A stretch of DNA of 59,664 nucleotides, the filler included. It is 6 parts of 6 records of this genome, joined end to end, with 100 filler letters (N's around TTAATTAATTAA, not from the genome) between each part and the next. Parts side by side here need not be neighbours in the genome. Positions count along the whole stretch, not along the records: positions 10,276 to 16,079 come from SRR31147125_28696; positions 16,180 to 40,459 come from SRR31147125_28713; 4 more parts are not named here. One strand, given 5' to 3'. The notes below the pieces were generated by a model. It saw only the letters and a list, made by a program, of their open reading frames with translations. It was not told where the DNA came from and searched no databases. This document shows positions 10,315 to 20,638 of the stretch, piece after piece. How positions within the stretch are numbered: the first letter of the stretch is position 1; each line of letters begins with the position of its first letter. Made by a program: the position numbers and the translations under genes.

Positions 10315-10382
10315 TTGGATAGCAAGGGTGGGAATGAATCAGATTCCCTGGTTAATGAAACATTTTTAAGGATAATCCTGGT

Positions 10383-12604
10383 ATGCGAAAAAATAAAAAA
10401 TATTTTGCCTGGCGGATTTTGCCTGTCCTGTTTCTGTTGATTGTGTGTCCACTTTTGGCCCAAAATGACGAAACGAATTATAATGAGGCTAAAGTCCCGA
10501 AATTTAATTTACCGGATCCGCTTGTTTGTCTGGATAAAACAAAGGTGTCTGACACCGAAACATGGATAGAAAAACGACGTCCGGAAATTTTAGAACTTTT
10601 GAAAAGTATGTTTATGGAAAAGCACCCGGACGACCTGAGATTATGACCTTCGAGGTGACTTCCTTTGATAAAAAGGCGTTGAATGGATTGGCCACTCGCA
10701 AGGAGGTGAGTGTCTATCTTACCGATGATAAAAAGGGCCCCAGAATGGATATCCTGATTTATCTGCCTAATAAGCAGCTAAAGCCTGTACCAACCTTTGT
10801 GGGACTTAATTTTTATGGAAATCACACCATTCATAAAGACCCGGGCATAACTCTGTCTCAGCAATGGGTGCGTAATAACAAAGATTTTTTTATCGAAAAT
10901 AACCGGGCAACAGAAGCTTCTCGTGGCGTGCGTGCCAGCCGCTGGCCTGTTGAGCTCATTCTCAAACGCGGGTATGCTTTAGCGACCATTTATTATGGGG
11001 ATATTGATCCGGATTATGATGATGGCTTTAAAAATGGTGTTTTTCCGCTTTATTATAAAGAAGGACAGACAAAACCGGCGGCTGACGAATGGGGCTCCAT
11101 CAGTGCCTGGGCCTGGGGACTGAGCCGGGCTATGGATTATTTTGAAACAGATAAGGATATCGATCAAAAGCGCGTTGCTGTTATGGGGCATTCGCGTCTG
11201 GGCAAAACGTCCTTGTGGGCAGGTGCTCAGGATCCGCGCTTTGCCATTGTGATTTCAAATGATTCCGGCTGTGGTGGAGCCGCACTGTCCCGCCGACGAT
11301 TTGGTGAGACCGTGAAACGAATCAATACCAGTTTTCCTCACTGGTTTTGTGATAATTTTAACAAATATAACAATAAAGAAGATGACTTGCCAGTGGATCA
11401 GCACATGCTCATCGCCTTAATGGCACCTCGTCCTGTCTACGTCGCCAGCGCGGAAGAGGATAGATGGGCAGATCCAAAAGGCGAATTCCTTTCAGCAAAA
11501 AATGCTGATCCGGTGTATAAACTGTTTGGGATAGAGGGTTTGCCCACAGAGACAATGCCCCCTGTAAATCAGGCTGTCATGGGAAGAATCGGGTATCATA
11601 TTCGTACCGGAAAACATGATGTTACTGATTACGACTGGAACCGCTACATGGACTTTGCAGATAAAGCATATGCTGAAAAATTCGGATCTCTCGGCAGACA
11701 AAACATAAAAGTTGCAGCAGCGCAATTGACCACAGATTTTGATCTTGAGAGTAATCTGAATAAAATCGTAAAAATGATTCGGCAAGCGAGCGCTAAAGGA
11801 TGCGAAATTATATTATTTCATGAAGGCTGTCTGACCGGCTATCCTGATGCAAAGTCGATCAAAGATATCGATTTTGAATGGGTGCATGCAGCAGAGAGAA
11901 AAATTAAATCCCTGGCAAAGGACCTGCACATTGCCGTCCTTCTCGGCAGTTCAGGACAGGAAAAAGAAAGTTATATTAATTATGTGTTAGTCATAAATGA
12001 AAATGGCAAAGTCCTGGGGCGTTATGAAAAAACCTGGCGTGCCGGTGAACCTCATTACAGAGCCGGATCAGGACCTGTTATTTTTAATGTGGCAGGTGTT
12101 GATGCAACGGTCATTATCTGTCACGATTTGCGTTACCCCGAATTACCACGACTGAGTGTGGCTGCTGGCGCTCAAATTGTCTTTATTGCCAATAATGAAA
12201 GCGGAATTACATCAGAGCATAAATTATTGGGATATCGTTCCATGCAGATCTCCAGAGCTACGGAGAGCCTGGTTTATTCGGTCATGTGCAATTCCGCGGC
12301 AGATCGTCATAATGTCCGCCGGGGGAATAACTCTCACGGCAACTCAAAAATTGTCGATCCCATGGGTAATATCGTAGATGAGGCCCGTGTTTTTGAAGAA
12401 CGGTTGGTCATCGGTGAGCTTGATCTAACAAAAGCAGATCGTTCACCTGTTTTACGAACAATTGGAAAAAGTGAGGACACTAAAAAACGCTATGGTGTGA
12501 GCTGTGAACATCCTGATTATACGAAATGGCTGGAGCAGGGTTTGAAATTAGTGAAAAGACTGGATGGCCAAACCAACGTACCAACGTATCTTATGGATGA
12601 TTAA
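10383..12604 (+). CDS. secreted CE15 glucuronoyl esterase-like domain fused to a carbon-nitrogen hydrolase (nitrilase family); frameshift near 10600
   Basis: Signal peptide and [16 protein letters not shown] in ORF 10383; GHSRLGK nucleophile elbow and GKHD; C-terminal E-K-C triad FHEG/YEKT/ICHD. Confidence 0.82.
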
Positions 12605-12650
12605 TAGACAAAAGAGTTTTTCCAGTACCGATATCTTGGGAGGATCTTCA

Positions 12651-13913
12651 ATGTTTAAAAAAATTGAACGCAGAGAGTTTTTGCAAAAAAGCTCTCTGGC
12701 AGCTATGGGTGCTGTAGCTTTGTCTGGGTCTGCTCGTCATGTTAATGGAGAGCAAAAAGTCGATGATATTATAACAGCCAGACAGTATTTAAGTGAGATA
12801 CTCTATACCAAAGAAGAAGTGGATAAATGGCTTGCAGGCAAAGCCTTTCCATTTGCCAAGTATCATAGTGAATTCGGTTGGCTTTTAAATAATGGCCTTG
12901 TCAGGGATGGTGTGGATAATTCTCTGTGCCAATATACGTTCAGAGGTGAGGATGGCGAACGTATAATGAATAATTATATAGAAAAACCATGCCGTATAAA
13001 TACGTACGGTGACAGCTTTACGCAGTGTCATCAGGTCAGTGATCTGGAAACTTGGCAGGAAGTGCTGGCAGCGCATTTACAGGAACCTGTAAGAAATTTT
13101 GGCATTGGCGGTTGGTCTGTTTATCAGGCTTATCTGCGTATGCTAAAAGAAGAAAAACGCACCCCCTCGGAATATATTATTTTTAATATCTATGATGATG
13201 ACCACAGACGTAATCTGGATTCCTGGCGAAATATTCGTCGCAGAAAACACGTCAAATTTATCGAGCCAACATTGCCATATGTTAAAGTTAATCTGAAAGA
13301 ACAGTCCTTTATTGAATGCGCCAATCCATGTCCAACCCCGGAATCCGTGTATAAATTATGTGATCTGGATCAGACCTATGCAATATTCAAAGACGATTTT
13401 GTTCTGCAAATACTGCTTGCCCACAAGAATGCTAAAAGTCAAAATCCCTATAAATCTTATTCAAATATTATGGACCTGGCAACGACACACGGTATAGAAA
13501 CAGAGATAGAAAACAATGAAACACTGGCACAGACAGCCGAAGATCTTCATATCAAAGCAGCCCTGTTTGCTTCTGAAAAGATTGTCGAAAAAATTGAAGA
13601 ATTTGCAAACCAGAATAACAAAAAAGTGTTATATGTCCTGTCATTTCCACCTAACAGTGTCGCCAGATATCTGCGGGAAGGTATACGTTGGGACAAACCT
13701 TTTGTGGATTTTCTGAAAAAGAAAAATCTGCCTTTTGTGGATCTGTTAGAGGCACATAAAAAGGATTATTCTGAATTCAATGTCGACATTAAAACCTATC
13801 TCAACAGATACTATATTGGTCATTATAATCCGACAGGGAATCATTTCTGTGCTTTCGCTTTAAAAGAAAAACTGGTAGAGATGTTGGATCCAAAACCGGT
13901 TCCTTATCGATAA
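12651..13913 (+). CDS. Tat-exported SGNH/GDSL-like protein
   Basis: RREFLQK twin-arginine signal, YGDSFT, NFGIGG, GHYNP.GN. Confidence 0.7.
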   Translation: MFKKIERREFLQKSSLAAMGAVALSGSARHVNGEQKVDDIITARQYLSEILYTKEEVDKWLAGKAFPFAKYHSEFGWLLNNGLVRDGVDNSLCQYTFRGEDGERIMNNYIEKPCRINTYGDSFTQCHQVSDLETWQEVLAAHLQEPVRNFGIGGWSVYQAYLRMLKEEKRTPSEYIIFNIYDDDHRRNLDSWRNIRRRKHVKFIEPTLPYVKVNLKEQSFIECANPCPTPESVYKLCDLDQTYAIFKDDFVLQILLAHKNAKSQNPYKSYSNIMDLATTHGIETEIENNETLAQTAEDLHIKAALFASEKIVEKIEEFANQNNKKVLYVLSFPPNSVARYLREGIRWDKPFVDFLKKKNLPFVDLLEAHKKDYSEFNVDIKTYLNRYYIGHYNPTGNHFCAFALKEKLVEMLDPKPVPYR

Positions 13914-14011
13914 TATGAATTTTTATCTTAGAATCAGGATAAAGTACAGGCAAAATTGTATTTCATCATCTGAAACAAATATGCAATTGGCAAAGAACGT
14001 GCTGTGAGGTA

Positions 14012-16079
14012 ATGAATGATCCGAACTATACCCCGATTTTTGTAAAGTATCCAGGATACTCCATCTATAGTATATTTTTTCTTATTTTCCTGTTTCAGGT
14101 TTCGTTCGCAAACGACAAGAGCTTTCACTGGCAGACAGCCTCTCCTGAATCTCAGGGATTGTTTGCCGAAAAACTGGACGCTCTGAAAGACAGTCTGGCA
14201 AAAAAATACCAAAACGTTTCTTATTATAAGGAATGATAAAATTGTTTACGAGTGGTATGCACCGGATTTTAATCAGGATCGTTCCCATTATACGGCTTCA
14301 CTTGCCAAGGCATTGGTAGGTGGTATGTCATTGCTGGTTGCCCTGAATGATGGCCTGATAAGTATTGACGCACCAGCCTGCAATTATGTTAAAAGCTGGA
14401 AACAGGATGAAGATAAATCAAAGATAACCATTCGTCACCTGGCAACACATTCATCCGGTATTGAGGATGCGGAACAGGATACGATATCCCATTTTGACCT
14501 GCCAGGCTGGAAAGGAGCTTTCTGGAAAAAGGAACCGGATCCTTTTTCTGTGAGCAGAGATTTTGCACCGGTTCTATTCACACCCGGTTCACAATATGCT
14601 TACAGTAATCCCGGTATGGCCATGTTGGCCTATAGCGTAACAGCCTGTTTGAAAAAGACACCACAAAAAGATATTCGTTCATACCTGGATGAACGTATTA
14701 TGGAACCCATTGGTGTGAAAAAGAACGAGTGGTCTATCGGCTATGACAAAACCTATAATGTGGATAATCTTGAACTGGTCCCCAATTGGGGTGGTGGTTC
14801 TTTTACCGCACGGGCCGTGGCCAGAGTCGGCCGTCTGATGCTTAATAAAGGCAATTGGCAGGGCAAACAACTCATCGATTCAACCTGGGTCAAACGGATT
14901 GTTCGCTATGCCGGTACACCTTTGCCAAAGCGAACTGAGGGTAATCCGCAACCCGGATCCGGTTTGGGCTGGTATACGAATTTTGATGGTGTCTGGCCAC
15001 AGGTACCGCGGGATGCTTTTGCCGGAGCCGGTGCTGGCAATCAGGTTCTACTGGTAGTGCCCAGTTTGAATTTGATTGTTGTGCGCAATGGTGGTAATTT
15101 ATATGATCCTGATAAAAATGAAGGTTTTTGGGGTGGACTGGAAAAATATCTTTTCAATCCGGTTATGGAAGCTCTTAATGAACCTCCTTATCCTCAGAGC
15201 GAATTGATTGTAAAGACCGAATTTGACCCGCCAGCCTCCATCATCCGCAAAGCTGAGGGGAGTGATAACTGGCCAGTCACATGGGGTGAAAATGAGGTAT
15301 TATATACAGCCTATGGAGATGGCTGGGGATTTCAACCGCGGGCGGATATTAAATTAAGTCTTGGACTTGCGAAAATAACGGGTGTACCGCCTGATATTCA
15401 TGGTATCAATATTCGCAGTAATAGTGGTGAGAGAGTTGGGCAGGGAAAATATGGCATTAAAGCCAGCGGGCTTCTTATGGTGGATGGGATTCTTTACATG
15501 TTGGTGAGGAACGCCGAAAACAGTCAACTGGGCTGGTCAGAAGATCAGGGTAAAACCTGGAGCTGGTGCGACTGGACTTTTAAAACCAGTTTCGGATGTC
15601 CGACTTTTTTGAATTTTGGCAAAAATTATGAGAATGCCGGAGATAATTATGTTTATATCTATTCTCATGATGATAACAGCGCTTATCAGCCGGCAGACAG
15701 GATGGTTCTGGTCAGAGTGCCAAAGGATCGGATGACAGATCGAAACGCGTACGAGTTTTTTGAAAAACTGGATTCTCAGCAAAAGCCTGTCTGGACAATT
15801 GATATACGACAACGTGGAGCCGTGTTTACGAATCCGGCGCAATGTTATCGTTCCGGTATCACTTATAATGCGGCATTGAAGAGATATATGTGGTGTCAAA
15901 TAATCCCGGGTAAAGATACACGATTTGAAGGCGGATTAGGCATTTATGAGGCACCTGAGCCATGGGGACCATGGAAAACAGTATATTACACCAGAGAATG
16001 GGATGTCGGTCCTGGAGAAACCGCCTCAATACCCACAAAATGGATGAGCCCGGATGGGAAATCGGCGTATTTGCTTTTT
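14012..16079 (+). CDS. serine hydrolase (beta-lactamase class C-like) fused to a beta-propeller/DUF4185-like domain; frameshift near 14200; 3' truncated
   Basis: Signal peptide, TASLAK (SxxK), HLATHSSG, YSN, GAGNQ; second domain starts SDNWPVTW...YGDGWG. Confidence 0.75.
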
Positions 16080-16179
16080 NNNNNNNNNNNNNNNNNNNNN
16101 NNNNNNNNNNNNNNNNNNNNNNNTTAATTAATTAANNNNNNNNNNNNNNNNNNNNNNNNNNNNNNNNNNNNNNNNNNNN
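16080..16179. other. artificial contig-joining spacer
   Basis: N run with TTAATTAATTAA. Confidence 0.98.
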
Positions 16180-16596
16180 GACATCGCCGTGAACATCCCA
16201 CGAAAGCAAGGAGATCAGTGGCAGGACGAAGGCCATTTCTTCTCCATGTCCCTCTGGGGCCGTCAGGGTGAAGCTATTGCCACCTACATGTCCAAGGGTC
16301 GACAGGTCGGTGTTGAGGGGAAGCTGAAACAGGACCGATGGGAAGCACAGGACGGTAGCAAGCGCTCCAAGGTGACCATCGAAGCCAACAACGTCCAGCT
16401 CCTCTCTACGCCCCAAGGACGCGATGGTGGCTGGTCTCCTCAGCCTTCTAACCCCAGTACCGCTGTCGGCGATAGTAGCCCCTCTCAGGTCCCGGATCCG
16501 GCAGCGAATAACCCGGCAACATCTCCCCAGCAAGTAGGCCAGCCTGCTCCCCAGGGACCTCCACCGGCATCATTCGAAGACGACATCCCATTTTGA
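16180..16596 (+). CDS. ssb: single-stranded DNA-binding protein (5' truncated)
   Basis: KGRQVGVEGKL OB-fold, Pro/Gln-rich linker, EDDIPF tail. Confidence 0.93.
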   Translation, partial: DIAVNIPRKQGDQWQDEGHFFSMSLWGRQGEAIATYMSKGRQVGVEGKLKQDRWEAQDGSKRSKVTIEANNVQLLSTPQGRDGGWSPQPSNPSTAVGDSSPSQVPDPAANNPATSPQQVGQPAPQGPPPASFEDDIPF

Positions 16597-16604
16597 GGTA
16601 GACC

Positions 16605-17618
16605 ATGGCACGCCCTGTACGAAATGACTGTGATTATTTCCCTTTCTACGTAAAGGAAGGGAAGACGTTCACTCTCCTCCGGCGGAGATGGCCTCTGCTG
16701 GGAATCGGTTTCTTCACAGAGCTCTGCATCATTCTGACGCGGACTCCGGAGCACCACCTGCAGCTGAAGACCTCTCTGGACCTGGAGTATGCCTTTGCTG
16801 GCATGGGTGCCGATCCGTCCCTTGCGGAGGAGATTCTGAGTTTCCTGGCAGAGACCGGGAAGATTGATCGACCGCTCTGGGAAGAGGGCCGGGTGGTGGT
16901 AATTCCGGACCTCTTGAACAGCCTGGAGTACGCATATTCCAAGCGTTCGGTCGAGATTGTCAGAGTCATCGACCTCCGGATCCGGTATCTCGCCAGCGCT
17001 CGGCAAAAGGAGTGGGAAGAGAGTAACCGCGACGGAAACACCAATAACCGGAACGGAAACGATAGTAACCGGGACAATCCGGAGGAGAAACCCGAGTTTC
17101 AGGGTGGAATTACCCCTGAAGTAAAGGAAAGTAAAGGAAAGGAAAGTAAAGAAGAGGTAGTAGTGTCCGATTCGGCTTCGCCGGAATCGAACCCAACGCC
17201 CGCCTCAAAAATCATTTCCTACTTCAACGAAAAGACAGGTCTCTCCATCCGGGATGTCGAGCCCTGGCGGAAACTGATCAGGGCCCGAATGAAAGAGGGC
17301 GCCCAGCTTGAGGACTTCCAGGCTGTTATCGATTCTGCTGTTCGGATCTGGCTGCCGGATCGGAAGATGAAGCAGTACGTCCACCCGAAGACTCTCTTCC
17401 GAGTTACGAACTTCTGGAAGTACGTCGATGCCGGCGTGACCGAAAAACCAGAAGACAACCCCGAAGCACCGTCCGACTCCGAGATCCGCGCCAGGGAGGC
17501 CCGGGCTCAGCAACGTCGGGATGAGGCTGCAGCTGCCGCCCAGGCCGGTGACGTGGCTCAGTTCGACGCCAAAGAAGTTTTTGAAAGCCTGAGAACGAAA
17601 CAGGGAGCTACATCATGA
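16605..17618 (+). CDS. phage replication initiator-like protein
   Basis: MARP..DYFP N-terminus, low-complexity linker, C-terminal IISYFNEKTG..W....YVHPKTLF conserved phage domain; follows ssb. Confidence 0.7.
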   Translation: MARPVRNDCDYFPFYVKEGKTFTLLRRRWPLLGIGFFTELCIILTRTPEHHLQLKTSLDLEYAFAGMGADPSLAEEILSFLAETGKIDRPLWEEGRVVVIPDLLNSLEYAYSKRSVEIVRVIDLRIRYLASARQKEWEESNRDGNTNNRNGNDSNRDNPEEKPEFQGGITPEVKESKGKESKEEVVVSDSASPESNPTPASKIISYFNEKTGLSIRDVEPWRKLIRARMKEGAQLEDFQAVIDSAVRIWLPDRKMKQYVHPKTLFRVTNFWKYVDAGVTEKPEDNPEAPSDSEIRAREARAQQRRDEAAAAAQAGDVAQFDAKEVFESLRTKQGATS

Positions 17619-17761
17619 CCTGGTGGGCAGTGGTTCTGATGGTCCTCGGTATCTATGCGCTCCTGATCGGCTGCGCATATGTGATTGGTGGAGATGCAAA
17701 GGCGCCCGAGAAGGCCATGAGAGAGAGATGGGAGGAAAAACCTAGATGTTCCCAAAGATAA
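17615..17761 (+). CDS. small membrane protein (48 aa)
   Basis: ATGA overlap with the upstream stop; MTWWAVVLMVLGIYALLIGCAYVIG hydrophobic helix. Confidence 0.55.
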   Translation: MTWWAVVLMVLGIYALLIGCAYVIGGDAKAPEKAMRERWEEKPRCSQR

Positions 17762-17780
17762 ACCGGTGTATTGTTGAGCT

Positions 17781-18608
17781 ATGATACTTAGAAAACAACA
17801 GAAAGAGATTGTACTGAAGATCGCAGCAGGTGAGATCTTTGATATCCCAAGCTTCCTCCTAACTATGCATAAAGATTCATTCAAAATATACAATACTAGC
17901 CGTGAGAGTGAAATAACCGATCTAGACCATATTGATTCCGCAAAGATTCGAGAGGTGCCAGAAAGTGTTAAGGTCGATAGACTTGGGAAAAACTGTTGGT
18001 TCTTTCATGCCAACCAAGAGAAGCTAGAGACACTGCTCCTTGAGTTTCTAGATCTTTGGGTGAGGCTAGAACGCAATAGTCTCATTCTCACAGTCAATAG
18101 CAAAGATTTTATTCCTATAGAACGCTTCTTCTGCTTCACAATGGAAGTTCCATTCCTATGCGACGAATGTGTAGATATCTGTGTAAATGAGAAACTGGTC
18201 TCCTATGTTTCAGGAGATCGGAATGAAATTGGGAAGCCCCGTTTTTGCAATAGTCGGATCGTTCCGTTGTTGGACTTGACAGAGGAATTCATTCTTGAAG
18301 AGAACAGTTTCACAACGAGAGAAGAGCGAATAGTGCTTCAAGCCCAGGCTGATACTAAAGAAGCCCTTAAGGATGGTAAGAAGAACTTCTGGGTTGCCAT
18401 AATAACTGCAGCTGTCTCTCTCTTAGCCGGGGTCCTTCTTGATGGCTTCGACGTCAGCTTCGGCCAGAACGATAAAACAGTCGAAATATCCACAGAGACA
18501 GAACTCATCGAGTCAAAGATCCAAGTAGACGTAGGAGTAGAGCCTCTTACCCCCGGAACGACCGTGGGCATTATGGAGGCTGCGGAACCAGAAATCGGTG
18601 ACGAATAG
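17781..18608 (+). CDS. hypothetical accessory protein with C-terminal TM helix
   Basis: 275-aa ORF, visibly more AT-rich than its flanks; TM segment FWVAIITAAVSLLAGVLL. Confidence 0.65.
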   Translation: MILRKQQKEIVLKIAAGEIFDIPSFLLTMHKDSFKIYNTSRESEITDLDHIDSAKIREVPESVKVDRLGKNCWFFHANQEKLETLLLEFLDLWVRLERNSLILTVNSKDFIPIERFFCFTMEVPFLCDECVDICVNEKLVSYVSGDRNEIGKPRFCNSRIVPLLDLTEEFILEENSFTTREERIVLQAQADTKEALKDGKKNFWVAIITAAVSLLAGVLLDGFDVSFGQNDKTVEISTETELIESKIQVDVGVEPLTPGTTVGIMEAAEPEIGDE

Positions 18609-18640
18609 ATAGGTCCAGAGCAAGGGAGGGTGCTGTGGAA

Positions 18641-18901
18641 ATGAGAGTGAGTGACAACGCTCAGGCGTTGGAGGACCTGCGGGAGATCGTAGGTGAAGAC
18701 AAGTACGACGCAATTGTCTGCCGGTTCGCCGGCGAAAAAGTCTATATCCCGAAAGATGCCCACCTGGGACCGCGGAACAATGAAATCCGGCAGGAGTACG
18801 ACAAGCTTCTAAACTCGAGGGTTCAATCTTCGAGAGCAATCCTGATGCTCTGCCGCCGGTTCAAGCTATCTGAGAGGACTGTTCGGAGAATCGTCCGGTA
18901 G
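18641..18901 (+). CDS. Mor/C-family late transcription activator
   Basis: FAGEKVYIPK...RNNEIRQEY...LSERTVRRIV; directly upstream of the terminase genes. Confidence 0.8.
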   Translation: MRVSDNAQALEDLREIVGEDKYDAIVCRFAGEKVYIPKDAHLGPRNNEIRQEYDKLLNSRVQSSRAILMLCRRFKLSERTVRRIVR

Positions 18902-18957
18902 TTCGATACCGGCACACTTTGCCAATATATGCCGGTTTTGACCTGTAGCCTTTGGGT

Positions 18958-19401
18958 ATGGCAGGCGGCCGACCCAGACTCAGGTATGACCCGGAACTCC
19001 ATCCAATCATCGCCAGGCTCCACTTTGCTGGAGGCGGGACGGTCGATGGCTTGGTGGATTCTCTTGGTGTTTCGAAGGACACCCTCTACCGGTGGAGGAA
19101 GACGCACAAGGAGTTTTGCGAGGCATGGGCCGAAGGTTTGTACGATCCGACCGCAAAGGTGGCCGGAGCCATGTACAAGCGGGCCATCGGGTATGAGGAA
19201 TCCGATGTAAAGATCTTCCAGTTCCAGGGCGCGCCGGTCATAGTCCCGTATACCAAGAAGTTTGCTCCGGATCCTCGTGCTGCAGAATTCCTCCTCAAGA
19301 ATTGGGATCCTGAAAACTACAAAGACAAGCACGAAGTCCACACTACCACCGACAACATAGAGATCGGTCTCCCTCCAGAGGATTACCCTGATGAGGGTTG
19401 A
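18958..19401 (+). CDS. terminase small subunit
   Basis: GGRP..Y, GVSKDTLYRW HTH, KRAIGY, PDPRAAEFLLKN. Confidence 0.82.
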   Translation: MAGGRPRLRYDPELHPIIARLHFAGGGTVDGLVDSLGVSKDTLYRWRKTHKEFCEAWAEGLYDPTAKVAGAMYKRAIGYEESDVKIFQFQGAPVIVPYTKKFAPDPRAAEFLLKNWDPENYKDKHEVHTTTDNIEIGLPPEDYPDEG

Positions 19402-20638
19402 GTTCTCCTGTCTCCCGGCATGGACCAACAAGCACTTCTATCCACTCTACCGGGACCACAACCGGGTCAACATCGTCTACGGCGGCGCCGGCTCGGGGAA
19501 ATCCTTCTACCTGGCCGAGCGGGTTGTCTACCGGCTGGTGGCTGAGCAGGGTCACAACTATCTGATTCTCCGGAAAGTCGGTCGCATGAGCCGGATATCG
19601 ACATTCTCCCAGATTCTGCAGGTGATCAATCTGTGGGGGCTGCAGGGAATTTTCCATGTGAACAAATCCGATATGGAGATCACCTGTATCAATGGGAACG
19701 CCTGCAGGTTCGCCGGCTTGGACGATGTGGAGAAGATCAAGTCGATCACTTTCCCGAACGGCCCTCTGACGGACATCTGGGTGGAGGAAGCCTCAGAGAT
19801 CACCGAGACCGACTACAACCAGCTGGCGCTCCGATTACGGGGGAAGGCCCGGGTACCTTTCCAGATCACCCTTTCATTCAACCCGATCTCTGCTCTGCAT
19901 TGGATTAAAGCCAGGTTCTTCGACATGGAAGTGCCGAACTGCACCATCCACAAATCAACCTATCTTGATAACCGGTTCCTCGATGCTGCATATCGTGAAG
20001 AGCTGGAAGGGCTTAAGAAGATTGACCGCACCTTCTACCAGGTCTACGCCCTCGGGGAATGGGGTGTCATGGGGGCCCTGGTGTTCAACAACTGGGAATC
20101 CAAGCCCTGCCCATACAAGCCAGAGGATTTCGATTCGATCCTCGCCGGCCAGGACTTCGGGTTCAACCACAAGAACGCCATCGAGCTGATCGGGCTCAAG
20201 GACGGTGCTCTGTACAGCTTCGATGAGCTCTATGTCTCACAGATGACCAATCCCGAAGTCATCGAGAGGGTAGAGGCCGATGGTCCCCTGGAGAAGGGGC
20301 AGCTGTGTACTGCGGATTCTGCAGAACCTGACCGGATCAAGGAATGGTCCAAGGCCGGCTACAAGATGCGGGGTGCCAAGAAGGGCAAGAACTCCGTGAA
20401 GTACGGAATCGACTTTCTCAAGAGCCACAAATGGTACGTGGATCCCGCCAATTGCCCGGGGCTTCTCTCTGAGCTCCAGGTCTACAAGTGGCGAGAAGAC
20501 AAGGACGGCAATCTGCTGGATGAGCCGGTGAATTTCAAGGATGACGCAGTGGCTGCCTGCCGGTACGGCGTCGAACACCTTTGGCACAAGTCGGGCAAAC
20601 CGACAAAGCCCCTAGATAGGGCAAGGTTGAGGATATGA
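19391..20638 (+). CDS. terminase large subunit (PBSX/SPP1 family)
   Basis: YGGAGSGKS, WVEEA, SFNP, DFGF, DDAVAACRY. Confidence 0.95.
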   Translation: MRVEFSCLPAWTNKHFYPLYRDHNRVNIVYGGAGSGKSFYLAERVVYRLVAEQGHNYLILRKVGRMSRISTFSQILQVINLWGLQGIFHVNKSDMEITCINGNACRFAGLDDVEKIKSITFPNGPLTDIWVEEASEITETDYNQLALRLRGKARVPFQITLSFNPISALHWIKARFFDMEVPNCTIHKSTYLDNRFLDAAYREELEGLKKIDRTFYQVYALGEWGVMGALVFNNWESKPCPYKPEDFDSILAGQDFGFNHKNAIELIGLKDGALYSFDELYVSQMTNPEVIERVEADGPLEKGQLCTADSAEPDRIKEWSKAGYKMRGAKKGKNSVKYGIDFLKSHKWYVDPANCPGLLSELQVYKWREDKDGNLLDEPVNFKDDAVAACRYGVEHLWHKSGKPTKPLDRARLRI

